Source: Aureliella sp.
GTDB taxonomy: Bacteria; Planctomycetota; Planctomycetia; Pirellulales; Pirellulaceae
Assembly (NCBI GenBank): GCA_963691875.1
Contig: OY829846.1
Location: 3,872,001 to 3,936,000, forward strand
Length of the DNA: 64,000 nucleotides
Direction of reading: 5' to 3'
Under the pieces are notes generated by a model that was not told where the DNA came from, did no database searches, and was given only the letters and a program-made list of their open reading frames with translations. Below, in pieces: positions 30,615-40,261 of the stretch. A program made the position numbers and the translations under genes. Numbering within the stretch: the first letter of the stretch is position 1; each line of letters begins with the position of its first letter.

Positions 30615-31801
30615 ATGCCTGCTCGCGCTACCGCACCTCGTGTAAAGACCACACGAAAAGTAGCCCTCTTAGTGGAGACCTCGCGATCTTACGGGCGAGG
30701 AGTTTTACGTGGAATCGAACACTCTGCAGGTACCCGTAGCAAATGGTCGCTGCTTCACCAAGAAATGACGATCGACACAGTATTGTCGGAATGGATCCGC
30801 GAGTCCGCCATCGATGAAGTGATCGCACGGGTCCACCCGCTGACCGTGGACTCGCTCAGAGACCTAGATGTGCCTTGCGTAGACGTCCAATGCCGTGGAG
30901 ATTTTCCAGGGATTCCGCAAGTCGAGACAGATGATCGTAAAGTCACCGAACCTGCGTTCAAGCATCTTGGGGAGCGAGGATTTCGCAGATTTGCTTTCTG
31001 CGGCTATCAGTTTGCTCACTATTCGGAAGCTCGGCTTGGCTGTTTTCGAGAACTCGTACGCGAAGCGAGCTGCTCGCTATCGGTGTACGAGACACCTGAG
31101 TCGCGCGCGGCGCACCCGTGACGAGAATCGAACAGACTGATCCCGAGGACTCGAAGAAGTCAGCTTGGCTGGCTTCTCTGGAACCTCCGACCGGTTTGTT
31201 CGTCTGCAATGACATTCGTGAACAACAAGTTCGCAAATTATTTCAGACACTAAATCTGTCCGTTCCGGACGATATCGGTGTGATTGGAGTCGAAGACGAC
31301 GACACGATCTGCCCCCTGAGCAATCCACCGCTGTCCAGCGTACAGCCTAACTCGGAACAGGTCGGCTATCGCGCGGCTGAAGTGCTTGACGCTGTGATGC
31401 ATGGGAGCTCCGCACCGCAAGCAGTCCAATACATCTCACCGGAAGAAGTTGTACAACGTCTTTCAACGCAAGTCATTGCCGTGGAAGACCGCGAAGTCGC
31501 GCGAGTTTGTCGCTTTATTCGCGAGCATGCTTGCGATGGAATTGACGTGCATGACGTCGCTGATTTTACTTCGCTTCCGCGGCGACAGTTGGAACGCCGC
31601 TTTCGCACCGAGCTCAATCGCACTCCGCACGAAGTTACAGCAACGCAAGTTGCCAAAGTGAAGCAGCTGCTACTCGAACCCGAAATGACACTCGAGCAGA
31701 TTGCCCCGCTGGCCGGCTATCGGCACAAGGAGCGTCTTAGCGCCGTCTTTCGCCGCGAAGTCGGCGAAGCTCCCGGAGAGTATCGAAAGCGCAGAAAGTG
31801 A
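30615..31801 (+). pseudogene. XylR-family regulator (LacI-type sensor plus AraC HTH), frameshifted
   Basis: VALLVETSRSYGRGVLRGI and HL.ERGFRRFAFCG in one frame; PTGLFVCNDIR, PPLSSV and the AraC HTH in another; frame change at the (CG)4 tract 31102-31109; AGGAG before ATG 30615. Confidence 0.85.
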
Positions 31802-32202
31802 TCAGAACGCGGTGCCTAGTTGACCGCGAATTGCCCGTTCTTACGAGCTCAAAAATTTTCCTGAAATCAAAATCAGGGACGGTGAGAACCGAAGCCAATG
31901 CCCCGCAGGTGAAGGCAGGCCGATCACGCGTTGGTGGATACGACTGACTTCATGTCCATGGCTTTTGCTGGCAATTCCATTGAATTTCCTGATCTCAAAG
32001 AGCCTGAGAACGACGACTGTGGCCGCAAAGTTTGCGCAGCTTTCGGCGAGTGCACGCGATGCGGAATGTGCTGGATATTCCTTCAACTAGGGCTTTAGCG
32101 ATTGCCGATGGGAAAGGCGAGAGATGCCCGGAGGCGGACTTTCTAGCTTGATCCAGCTGCTCCGATCCGTGGCCCAAATGAAGACTCAGGGGGTTCCAGA
32201 AA

Positions 32203-32637
32203 ATGGTTCGCAGATTGACTACATCCATCGCACTCGCTGCGGCCTGTGTTGTTGGAAACGCTGCAATGGCTCAAGAAGCCACGACAAAGGCAGTATCCGC
32301 CAAGCCTAACGTAAAGATGGCTACTTATTCTTCCCACTACTCGGCACAAGCCCAAGCGGCTCCAGCGCAGGTTTCGGGTGCACCACAAGCGATGGCTTTT
32401 GGACGAGTCTGGGGTGGAGCGGCAAGCAACCGAGACCACTCTCGATTCAACCACTATCCATATGTCTACTACCCTCAGAACTTCAAGGGTAACGAGTACT
32501 TCCGCAGCAGCGATAGCATGTACTACCGCTATCCACCGGAAATGCAGATCCCTGTTTACAACCGCAAGTGGCACAACTACTACCCCAGAAGCCGACCATT
32601 CCACTGGGGTCACCACTTCATCCTGGACGTGTTCTAA
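32203..32637 (+). CDS. Secreted Tyr/Pro/His-rich planctomycete protein (family often mislabelled calmodulin-binding)
   Basis: Signal peptide; HYPYVYYPQNF, YYRYPPEMQIPVYN and FHWGHHFILDVF motifs. Confidence 0.8.
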   Translation: MVRRLTTSIALAAACVVGNAAMAQEATTKAVSAKPNVKMATYSSHYSAQAQAAPAQVSGAPQAMAFGRVWGGAASNRDHSRFNHYPYVYYPQNFKGNEYFRSSDSMYYRYPPEMQIPVYNRKWHNYYPRSRPFHWGHHFILDVF

Positions 32638-32665
32638 GCCGAACACTCCAATGAGCCACCAATAA

Positions 32666-32698
32666 GAGCGCGTTGCATTTGCAACGCGTTTTTTGTTT
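32666..32698 (+). terminator. Rho-independent terminator
   Basis: cgcgttgc-attt-gcaacgcg followed by ttttttgttt. Confidence 0.85.
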
Positions 32699-32952
32699 GC
32701 ATCTCCGCTCAACCAAGGCAGTGGAAGAACTTCGGGGGCAATCAGAGATTCGCTCGTGAACGCAAAACGTCAACCCACGCCCTGCGTTTCCTTATCCATT
32801 CCAAAGCGGGAGCAAGTCGATCCAATTCACCACCGAGAATCACCGTTTAAACCCGCTAGACCTGAACATCTTCGACACAGCCCAAAGCATCGTCTAGAAT
32901 CCCCTACATTTTTTAGAAGCAGCGCTATCTTCTGAAATCTGAAACCAATTAG

Positions 32953-33933
32953 ATGCAAGATCACAATCAACAAGATTCGAGCTATGAGACATCTAAGCTA
33001 ACCATCGACGTACTTCCCCCGGTTGTAAATGCAGGGCAAGCAGAAAAAACACCAAGCTTCATAAACCGTTTCGATTGCGCAATCGAAGACAACCCGAATC
33101 TCCCAGCCATTCGGGCTGCTGTCCTTTTCACTGCAACGCTACTGTGCATCCTGGGCAATATATTCCTCCCCGCCTACTTTTGGAGGAGAAACCAAGAATA
33201 TTTAGGGTTGTTTGCGAGCGGCTTCCTTATCGCACAAGTGGGTGTTCTTGCTGTCTGGACAGCAATAGGCACGCAGGCATTCAAGATCCGTTTTGCAGGC
33301 ACGATGTTCTTTACATTCCTGGTTGTGGCCACTTACACACTCGGTCTTCAGGTTCCTGATTGGTTGCACAACAGGCTGAGCAAAATGCCGTATATGTTAG
33401 CCCTCGTTTTGGCTGCAGTCGGCTTTGGAGCAGTGCTGCTAACTTCACCCATCTTTGCCTTGATCTTTAGATTCGTAGGTCTACGGCTCGTAGAAAAACG
33501 TGAGTTGGATCGAAACGACACCGCTTCTGGGCCAATATCCCTTGGTTACCTGATTGGCATCACAACCGTTGTTGGCATCGTGCTGGCGATCTTTAGGGCA
33601 GTCATGCCAGAACAAGACGATCAAGGGATGCCTTATACGGCCCTCTTTTTTGCCCTGTTCTTTGGCCAGTCGGCCCTGTACTACTGCCTTTGTACTACAG
33701 GCACAACCATTTTGCTTCTTGCTACGAGCCGCAATTGGCATGGAGCTGTGGTGCTGGCGGTCGCTGTCTCTGCTCTACCGCTGAACATATTTCTATTGAG
33801 TTTTTATGGGCGATTCCAAATCAGCGTAGAGCATGCAGCAATGTATCTATCCACACTGATTGGCTACGGCATCGCGATCAGCCTTTTCGCGCTCTTAATT
33901 CGACTGACAGGGTACAAGCTGGTCCCAAGGTAG
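32953..33933 (+). CDS. Hypothetical polytopic membrane protein
   Basis: 326 aa with about 8 hydrophobic helices. Confidence 0.75.
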   Translation: MQDHNQQDSSYETSKLTIDVLPPVVNAGQAEKTPSFINRFDCAIEDNPNLPAIRAAVLFTATLLCILGNIFLPAYFWRRNQEYLGLFASGFLIAQVGVLAVWTAIGTQAFKIRFAGTMFFTFLVVATYTLGLQVPDWLHNRLSKMPYMLALVLAAVGFGAVLLTSPIFALIFRFVGLRLVEKRELDRNDTASGPISLGYLIGITTVVGIVLAIFRAVMPEQDDQGMPYTALFFALFFGQSALYYCLCTTGTTILLLATSRNWHGAVVLAVAVSALPLNIFLLSFYGRFQISVEHAAMYLSTLIGYGIAISLFALLIRLTGYKLVPR

Positions 33934-34182
33934 TCTTTCCAACTAGGGTTGTGCACGTGACAGAGGTAGTCAGTCCTCACCACCGTTCGTATCATGCAGG
34001 GCAACCGATCGATGCTGCAAGCCCTGAGGCTTTAGCGTAAGCTGCCGGTTCCGTCGCGACCCAAAGCGTCAGTGTGGAGACGGCCTGTGGGCCACGCTCA
34101 TGCTTTGGTTTGCGATAATCCAGTGGTCGGACCTGCGAAACAAACTTTTACAGACGCCTCAAACTCCATAACGAACAGAATA

Positions 34183-34521
34183 ATGAGTGATCTAACTACA
34201 AAATACAACGAAGCAGAAAAACTCAAGGACGAAGGCAAGTACGACGAAGCCATCGCCCTGCTGCAAGAAATTCTGCAAGAGGATGAGCAACATATCCTGA
34301 CGCACTTGACTCTCGGCCGCATCTACACGCTCACCGGCAAGTTTGACTCGGCGATCGCACACGGCAAGAAAGCCTGTGAAATCGAGCCTACAGAGCCTTT
34401 CAATTTCACGGCTCTCAGTGTCACTTTCCAACGTGCTTGGGCTGGCACTCAAGAGCAACAGTACATTCAGATGGCCGAAGATGCGATGGCCGAATCCCGC
34501 CGACTGGAATCCCTTAAATGA
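34183..34521 (+). CDS. Small TPR protein
   Basis: YNEAEKLKDEGKYDEAIALL and AIAHGKKACEIEP; overlaps the pfpI start (ATGA). Confidence 0.82.
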   Translation: MSDLTTKYNEAEKLKDEGKYDEAIALLQEILQEDEQHILTHLTLGRIYTLTGKFDSAIAHGKKACEIEPTEPFNFTALSVTFQRAWAGTQEQQYIQMAEDAMAESRRLESLK

Positions 34522-35063
34522 GCGACTCCAATGCGTCTGAATTGCCCCTCGCTGGCAAACGCGTCCTGTGCTTCACCGGCGACATCTACGAAGACTTGGA
34601 GCTCTGGTATCCGAAGCTTCGGCTCATTGAAGCGGGCGCCGAGTTCGTTCTGGCTGGAGAAGAAGCGGGTCGGAAATATGCTGGCAAGAACGGATACCCT
34701 TGTGTAGCCGATATCGCGATTGATGATACCGATTGTAGCCAGTTTGAAGCGTTGGTGGTCCCTGGCGGATTCATGCCCGACAAACTGCGGCGTCTCCCTC
34801 GCGTGCTAGATATTGTTCGTGAGTTCTTCGAAGCAGGAAAGCCAGTGGCCGCGATCTGTCATGGTGGATGGATTCCGATCTCCGCTGGTATCTACAGTGG
34901 AGTTCGCGTGACGGGCTCGCCCGGAATCAAAGATGACTTGATCAACGCGGGAGCGATCTTCGAAGATGCCGCAGTAGTGGTCGATCGCAATTCTGTATCA
35001 AGCCGCCGGCCCGATGACTTGCCAGACTTCTGCCGTGCCTTGATTGCAATGATGCAAGCGTAA
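34518..35063 (+). CDS. pfpI: PfpI/DJ-1 family protein (glyoxalase/deglycase/protease)
   Basis: YEDLELWYP, LVVPGG, AAICHGG (catalytic Cys) and SSRRPDDLP motifs. Confidence 0.9.
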   Translation: MSDSNASELPLAGKRVLCFTGDIYEDLELWYPKLRLIEAGAEFVLAGEEAGRKYAGKNGYPCVADIAIDDTDCSQFEALVVPGGFMPDKLRRLPRVLDIVREFFEAGKPVAAICHGGWIPISAGIYSGVRVTGSPGIKDDLINAGAIFEDAAVVVDRNSVSSRRPDDLPDFCRALIAMMQA

Positions 35064-35066
35064 AAA

Positions 35067-35264
35067 ATGCCGAAGAAGCGAAAGCAAGATACTGTGGGAC
35101 CTCCAGCTCAGGAGCTGGAACGAGAGATCGAGCGAGCCATCGCCTCGGTCATCGAGCGATATCCAGCACTGCCAATTGGTCCAGACCAGCTAACGATGCA
35201 TTTCATGGCAGAAGCCGCTATGGCTGCTTACGAAGCGGCCATACGACAGCACGAAGACGAATAG
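35067..35264 (+). CDS. Small hypothetical protein
   Basis: 65-aa ORF exactly filling the gap in a same-strand gene run. Confidence 0.6.
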   Translation: MPKKRKQDTVGPPAQELEREIERAIASVIERYPALPIGPDQLTMHFMAEAAMAAYEAAIRQHEDE

Positions 35265-35288
35265 CAATCTCAGCGACAAAGGCGGTTC

Positions 35289-36617
35289 ATGCAAGTTGTC
35301 CATCACGGAGCTCTCCACGGCGTCACCGGTTCCTGCCACCAGCTTATGCTCGACGATGCCAACTCGCTGCTTGTTGACTGCGGGCTCTTCCAAGGTAAGG
35401 ATGCTCGGAACAGCGACGAAGACCAGATCGACTTCTCGCTCGACGGAATCCACGCACTGATCGTCACCCACGTGCACCTAGATCACATTGGACGCATCCC
35501 TTATTTGATCGCAGCTGGCTTCAATGAGCCGATCTACTGCAGTCCGCCGACGGCCAAGCTCCTGCCGCTGATGATGGAAGATGCGCTGAGAGTCGGTGTA
35601 ACCAAGAACAAACGGCTCATCGAACGCTTCATGCAAGAGCTGCGTCGTTTCATCCGCCCGATGCCATATTACGAGTGGCATGATGTCGGACATGGTGTTC
35701 AGCTACGACTCACTCCAGCCGGCCATGTCCTGGGCTCCTCTGTGGTAGAAATCGAGTACGAATCCGAGCGTGTGGTTTTCAGTGGGGATCTTGGAAGCCG
35801 CCATCAACCGATTTTGAAAGATCCGATCAGCCCTGAGAGAGCCGACTTGCTGGTGCTTGAGTCAACCTACGGCAATCGCAATCACGTCGGCCGCCAGCAA
35901 CGCGTCGAGCAATTGGAAAAGATTCTTAGCCGAACCTTGGAAGACAAGGGCGTCACCATCATTCCTGCGTTTAGTGTGGGACGCACGCAAGAGCTACTGT
36001 ACGAGATGAACGCGATCTTTGACGGACTCGGACACAAGATCGAATGTCCGATCCTGAAAGGCGTAGACGTGCTCATCGACTCGCCGCTCGCTCAGCGCTT
36101 CACCGAACTGTACAACGCAATGCAAGAGTACTGGGACGCCGAGGCTCAGCAAGTTCTCACCTGGGATGACCAACCGTTAGTGTTTGAGAACCTGGTCGAG
36201 ATCGGCAATCACGCCGACCACCTAGAAACAATTCAATACATCAAGGAATCCGAACTTCCTGCCGTAGTGATCGCTGCCAGTGGAATGTGCTCGGGTGGCC
36301 GAGTCGTCAATTACTTGAAAGAGTTTCTCAGCAATCCCACAACAGATATCGTCTTCGTCGGCTACCAGGCCGAGGGAACGCCAGGCCGCTATATTCAAGA
36401 CAGCGATTGGGTGCGGCTCGATGGCAAACGCTACGACGTTCGAGCCAAAACACATACTCTAAGCGGCTATTCCGCCCACGCTGATCAATCCGACTTGCTG
36501 CGCTTCGTTGAGGGCATGCAAGAAGCTCCAAAGGCCATCCGGCTCGTTCATGGCGAGACCGAGGCGAAAGCTACACTGCAAGGTGAACTGAAGAAGCGAG
36601 GTTACCATGTTGTCTGA
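35289..36617 (+). CDS. Metallo-beta-lactamase / beta-CASP family ribonuclease
   Basis: VTGSC, THVHLDHIGR, AGHVLGS, ESTYG, PAFSVGRTQE, ASGMC.GG and YSAHAD motifs. Confidence 0.92.
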   Translation: MQVVHHGALHGVTGSCHQLMLDDANSLLVDCGLFQGKDARNSDEDQIDFSLDGIHALIVTHVHLDHIGRIPYLIAAGFNEPIYCSPPTAKLLPLMMEDALRVGVTKNKRLIERFMQELRRFIRPMPYYEWHDVGHGVQLRLTPAGHVLGSSVVEIEYESERVVFSGDLGSRHQPILKDPISPERADLLVLESTYGNRNHVGRQQRVEQLEKILSRTLEDKGVTIIPAFSVGRTQELLYEMNAIFDGLGHKIECPILKGVDVLIDSPLAQRFTELYNAMQEYWDAEAQQVLTWDDQPLVFENLVEIGNHADHLETIQYIKESELPAVVIAASGMCSGGRVVNYLKEFLSNPTTDIVFVGYQAEGTPGRYIQDSDWVRLDGKRYDVRAKTHTLSGYSAHADQSDLLRFVEGMQEAPKAIRLVHGETEAKATLQGELKKRGYHVV

Positions 36618-37578
36618 TTCTCCGCGTCGCACGTTAGGTAACTCTGACCTTGCAGTCAGTCCAATTGGGCTTGGCTGCTGGCCGATTGCTGGCGTATCGA
36701 CGCTGAATGTCACAAAGCAAGAAAGTCTTGCGACGTTGCATGCCGCCCTGGACGCAGGCGTCAACTTTTTCGACACGGCGTTTGCGTACGGCTACGACGG
36801 CGAGTCAGAAAAACTCATCGCTCAAGTACTCGAGACTCGGCGTGACGAAGTTGTTTTGGCGACCAAGGTGGGTCAATATTTCGGGCCGAATCGTGAACGC
36901 ATCGTGGATGGCAAGCCTGATTCGCTTATTAAACAAGCCAAGCTTTCTTTGCAGCGATTGCAGATCGAACAAGTCGATGTGCTGTATCTGCACATGCCAG
37001 ATCCGGAAGTGCCAATTGAACAGAGCGCCGCTGCAATCCGGCAACTAATCGACGAAGGCGTCGCTCGGTTTGCTGGAGTCAGCAACGTCTCGGCCGAACA
37101 ACTTCGCGCGTTCCATGCAGTGTGTCCCGTCGTCGTCAATCAGCCGCCGTTCAACATGCTGCAACAAACGACCGTACAGCAACTTCGCAGCAACTGCTCC
37201 GAGCTAAACATAGCAAACGCGTGCTATTGGGTGTTAATGAAGGGCATCTTGGCCGGGCATATGGCTCGTGATCATCAGCTCGATCCCAACGACAAGCGTA
37301 AAACTTATCCGATCTACCAAGGCACGGCTTGGCAGCGTAGCCAAGACTTCTTGGATCACTTACGTAAACTCGCCAACGAGCTCAGTTGCACTGTTGCGCA
37401 AATAGTCGTTGCCTGGACGATCCGGCAGCCGAGCGTTGACATCGCGCTCTGCGGCGCTCGTCACCCAAAACAAATTCAAGAAACCGCAGCAGCCATGACA
37501 CTTGATCTCGATCCGTCTGTCCTTGAGCGGATTAATAGCTGGATTGCAGAAACGCTCGCCGATGGACCAATCGGCTAG
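36607..37578 (+). CDS. Aldo/keto reductase
   Basis: VSPIGLGCW, FFDTAFAYG, LATKVG, YLHMPD and GVSN motifs. Confidence 0.92.
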   Translation: MLSDSPRRTLGNSDLAVSPIGLGCWPIAGVSTLNVTKQESLATLHAALDAGVNFFDTAFAYGYDGESEKLIAQVLETRRDEVVLATKVGQYFGPNRERIVDGKPDSLIKQAKLSLQRLQIEQVDVLYLHMPDPEVPIEQSAAAIRQLIDEGVARFAGVSNVSAEQLRAFHAVCPVVVNQPPFNMLQQTTVQQLRSNCSELNIANACYWVLMKGILAGHMARDHQLDPNDKRKTYPIYQGTAWQRSQDFLDHLRKLANELSCTVAQIVVAWTIRQPSVDIALCGARHPKQIQETAAAMTLDLDPSVLERINSWIAETLADGPIG

Positions 37579-37917
37579 TCAGATCGAAACACAGACGGGA
37601 AATGAGTCGCTGCCCCTCAGCGTGGCACTGGCCCGCCAGTGTAAGAAACTGCGGTGGCTTGCATTTCCTGCGATTCGTTTAGCGACCATCGAATCATTTG
37701 ATCGTTATAGACATTAGCAATGGAAGTCGCACCTTTGTAATCATCGTGCAAGCTGCCAGTTCGCAATAACACCGACAAGTCAGCGCCACAGGCAAATCTT
37801 CTGGTGTGGCCTGCTAGCAACGCTGCGGTTGTTTGTCGTGCTCTCCCATTGCCATCAGCCTACGATTATTAGGCGAGATTTCGGCTCGTCTCTCGTTCTT
37901 CTGGCGGTACTAGTTGA

Positions 37918-39471
37918 ATGCACGTAGTCTGGTTCAAACGCGACTTGCGAATCGACGATCACGCCCCGCTTGCTCAGGCTGCTGCAAGCGGAAGTGAAGT
38001 GCTCTGCCTTTACGCTTACGAACCTGAGATTCTTCAGTCCGCAGAATTCGATACTTCGCATCTAGAATTCCTCAATCAAGGTCTCTCCGAGCTAGACGCT
38101 TCATTGCGAAAACGAGGTAATTGCTTGACCTATCGCGTGGGCAGCATGCCGGAAGTGCTCGCGCAGCTCCACGCGGAACACCACATCGAAGCAATCTGGA
38201 GCCACGAGGAAACGGGAGATCGCGGCAGCTACGATCGAGACCTGCGTGTTGCCGCTTGGGCAGATCAAAAGAAGATTGCTTGGAAAGAAATCCCGCAGAA
38301 CGGAGTCGTCCGTCGCTTGAAGTCACGCGATGGTTGGTCAAAGCAACGCAACATCTTCATGGCTCAGCCGCTCGCGCGACCACCTTCTGAAATCAAACCA
38401 GCCCAGTCTATCGAGACCGGCAAAATTCAATCCGCCCAAGACTTAGGCCTTGAGCAAACCACGAAGACAGATCTCCAGATAGGAGGCGAGAAAGCCGCTT
38501 TACGAACACTGTCCTCGTTCCTACACAATCGTGGTGAGAATTACAGCACGGAAATGTCGAGCCCCGTGACCGCGGCCAGTTCCTGCAGTCGCTTGAGTAC
38601 GTATCTGGCTTGGGGATGCATTTCAATGAAACGTATCGTCCACGCACTTCGCGAGCGTCAGGCTGAGCTGAGTGAGCGTAAGGCTGCAGGCGAGCCGATC
38701 GGAGCCTGGTCAAAATCCCTGCGAGCCTACGATGCCAGGCTGAGCTGGCATTGCCACTTCATGCAGAAGCTGGAGGACGAGCCAGCGATCGAGTTTCAGA
38801 ATATGAGCCGCATCTACGACGGCTTACGAGAGGATGAATTCTCACAGAGTCGATTCGATGCTTGGTGCCATGGCCAAACCGGTTATCCGATGGTGGATGC
38901 TTGCATGCGAGCACTGCTGCTGCACAGCTGGATCAACTTTCGAATGCGAGCCATGTTGGTGTCCTTTGCATCCTATCACCTTTGGTTGCACTGGCGGCCA
39001 ACGGCCGTATTCCTCGCTCAGCATTTCTTGGACTACGAACCTGGCATCCACTTCTCACAGTTTCAAATGCAGTCCGGAACGACTGGAATCAATACCGTTC
39101 GGATCTATTCGCCAATCAAACAAGTCAAAGACCAAGATCCAAGTGGCCAATTCATCCGGCGCTTCGTGCCGGAGCTTGCCGGAGTACCTGACAAGCATCT
39201 TGCCGAACCTCACAAGATGACACATGCCGAACAATCTCACTCCGGATGCCGCATCAACAAAGACTACCCCTCACCCATCGTAGAACACGCAGTTGCATAC
39301 AAGAAAGCCAAGGCGCGAGTCTACGAAGTGCGTGGCCAGAAGGCGGCTCGAGAAGAAGCTGTGAATGTGGTGAAGAAGCACGGCAGCCGCAAGGGATCGA
39401 ACGACAGAAATCGAAAGTCCAAATCATCCAAGAAGACAGAATACAAACAAGGAAGACTCTCCCTTGAGTAA
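37918..39471 (+). CDS. Cryptochrome/photolyase family protein, atypical subfamily with DYEPGIH..Q.QMQSG
   Basis: VVWFKRDLRIDDH, CSRLSTYLAWG, TGYPMVDACMR, WINFRMRAM and DYEPGIHFSQFQMQSGTTGIN motifs. Confidence 0.9.
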   Translation: MHVVWFKRDLRIDDHAPLAQAAASGSEVLCLYAYEPEILQSAEFDTSHLEFLNQGLSELDASLRKRGNCLTYRVGSMPEVLAQLHAEHHIEAIWSHEETGDRGSYDRDLRVAAWADQKKIAWKEIPQNGVVRRLKSRDGWSKQRNIFMAQPLARPPSEIKPAQSIETGKIQSAQDLGLEQTTKTDLQIGGEKAALRTLSSFLHNRGENYSTEMSSPVTAASSCSRLSTYLAWGCISMKRIVHALRERQAELSERKAAGEPIGAWSKSLRAYDARLSWHCHFMQKLEDEPAIEFQNMSRIYDGLREDEFSQSRFDAWCHGQTGYPMVDACMRALLLHSWINFRMRAMLVSFASYHLWLHWRPTAVFLAQHFLDYEPGIHFSQFQMQSGTTGINTVRIYSPIKQVKDQDPSGQFIRRFVPELAGVPDKHLAEPHKMTHAEQSHSGCRINKDYPSPIVEHAVAYKKAKARVYEVRGQKAAREEAVNVVKKHGSRKGSNDRNRKSKSSKKTEYKQGRLSLE

Positions 39472-40165
39472 TAGAAACTACGTTGTCGTCGGTGGAAGCT
39501 ACGGCATTGGACTAGAAATCGTCAAACGTCTAGACGCGTCACAAAATCACGTCACCGTTCTCTCGAGAACTGTCGGGGAACTCGCGCATACTGGAGCAAA
39601 ACACTTCGAGTTCGATGCGACACAAGGCGAGGTCGAACCGGAATGGTTACCAGAGCAAATTCATGGCTTGGCCTTCTGCCCAGGCTCGATCAACTTGGGT
39701 TCGATCCGCAGCATCAAGCCGGAAACAATGCTGGCTGATTACCAGCTTAACGTTATTGGTGCAGTTAGGTGCCTACAAGCATGCCTGCCCGCGATGAAAA
39801 AATCGGGCAGCGCCTCGATGGTTATGTTCAGCACTGTTGCCGTGATTCAAGGATTGCCGATGCATGGCTCGGTCGCTGCGGCAAAAGGTGCGATTGAAGG
39901 TATGACGCGCTCATTTGCGGCCGAACTTGCGCCTGCTGTGAGAGTTAACTGTATCGCACCTTCTATCACTGACACACCTCTCGCAGAAAAGCTACTCAGT
40001 AGCGATCAGAAGAAAGCCGCCATGGGAGAGCGACATCCGCTGAAACGTATCGGCTCGGTGGACGACATTGCCTCGATAGCCGAGTTCTTACTTGGCGATC
40101 AATCAACTTGGATCACAGGTCAGGTCATCCACGCAGATGGTGGTATGTCGACGTTGCGAGTTTGA
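39464..40165 (+). CDS. SDR family oxidoreductase
   Basis: VGGSYGIG; VAAAK (catalytic Tyr absent); VRVNCIAP; WITGQVIHADGG. Confidence 0.88.
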   Translation: MSNRNYVVVGGSYGIGLEIVKRLDASQNHVTVLSRTVGELAHTGAKHFEFDATQGEVEPEWLPEQIHGLAFCPGSINLGSIRSIKPETMLADYQLNVIGAVRCLQACLPAMKKSGSASMVMFSTVAVIQGLPMHGSVAAAKGAIEGMTRSFAAELAPAVRVNCIAPSITDTPLAEKLLSSDQKKAAMGERHPLKRIGSVDDIASIAEFLLGDQSTWITGQVIHADGGMSTLRV

Positions 40166-40261
40166 GGTCTTGGCTAGGCTCTTCTGAATAGCAGCCGCAT
40201 TGCGTTTGCAGGAGTTGAGGCTACGACCGCTCTCACCTGCTGCTAGAGCATGGATTTGCTA

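Noticed and set aside
31802..32202. 400-bp intergenic region as an ncRNA or riboswitch
   Set aside because: No recognisable motif or convincing structure by eye.
32143..32712. 189-aa antisense ORF, and similar shadow ORFs such as 50294-50932, 49565-50239 and 21944-22573
   Set aside because: They overlap well-supported genes and show no recognisable motifs.
35289..36617. MBL-fold gene as a beta-lactamase or defence nuclease
   Set aside because: It has the full beta-CASP motif set of a housekeeping-type RNase and no defence context.
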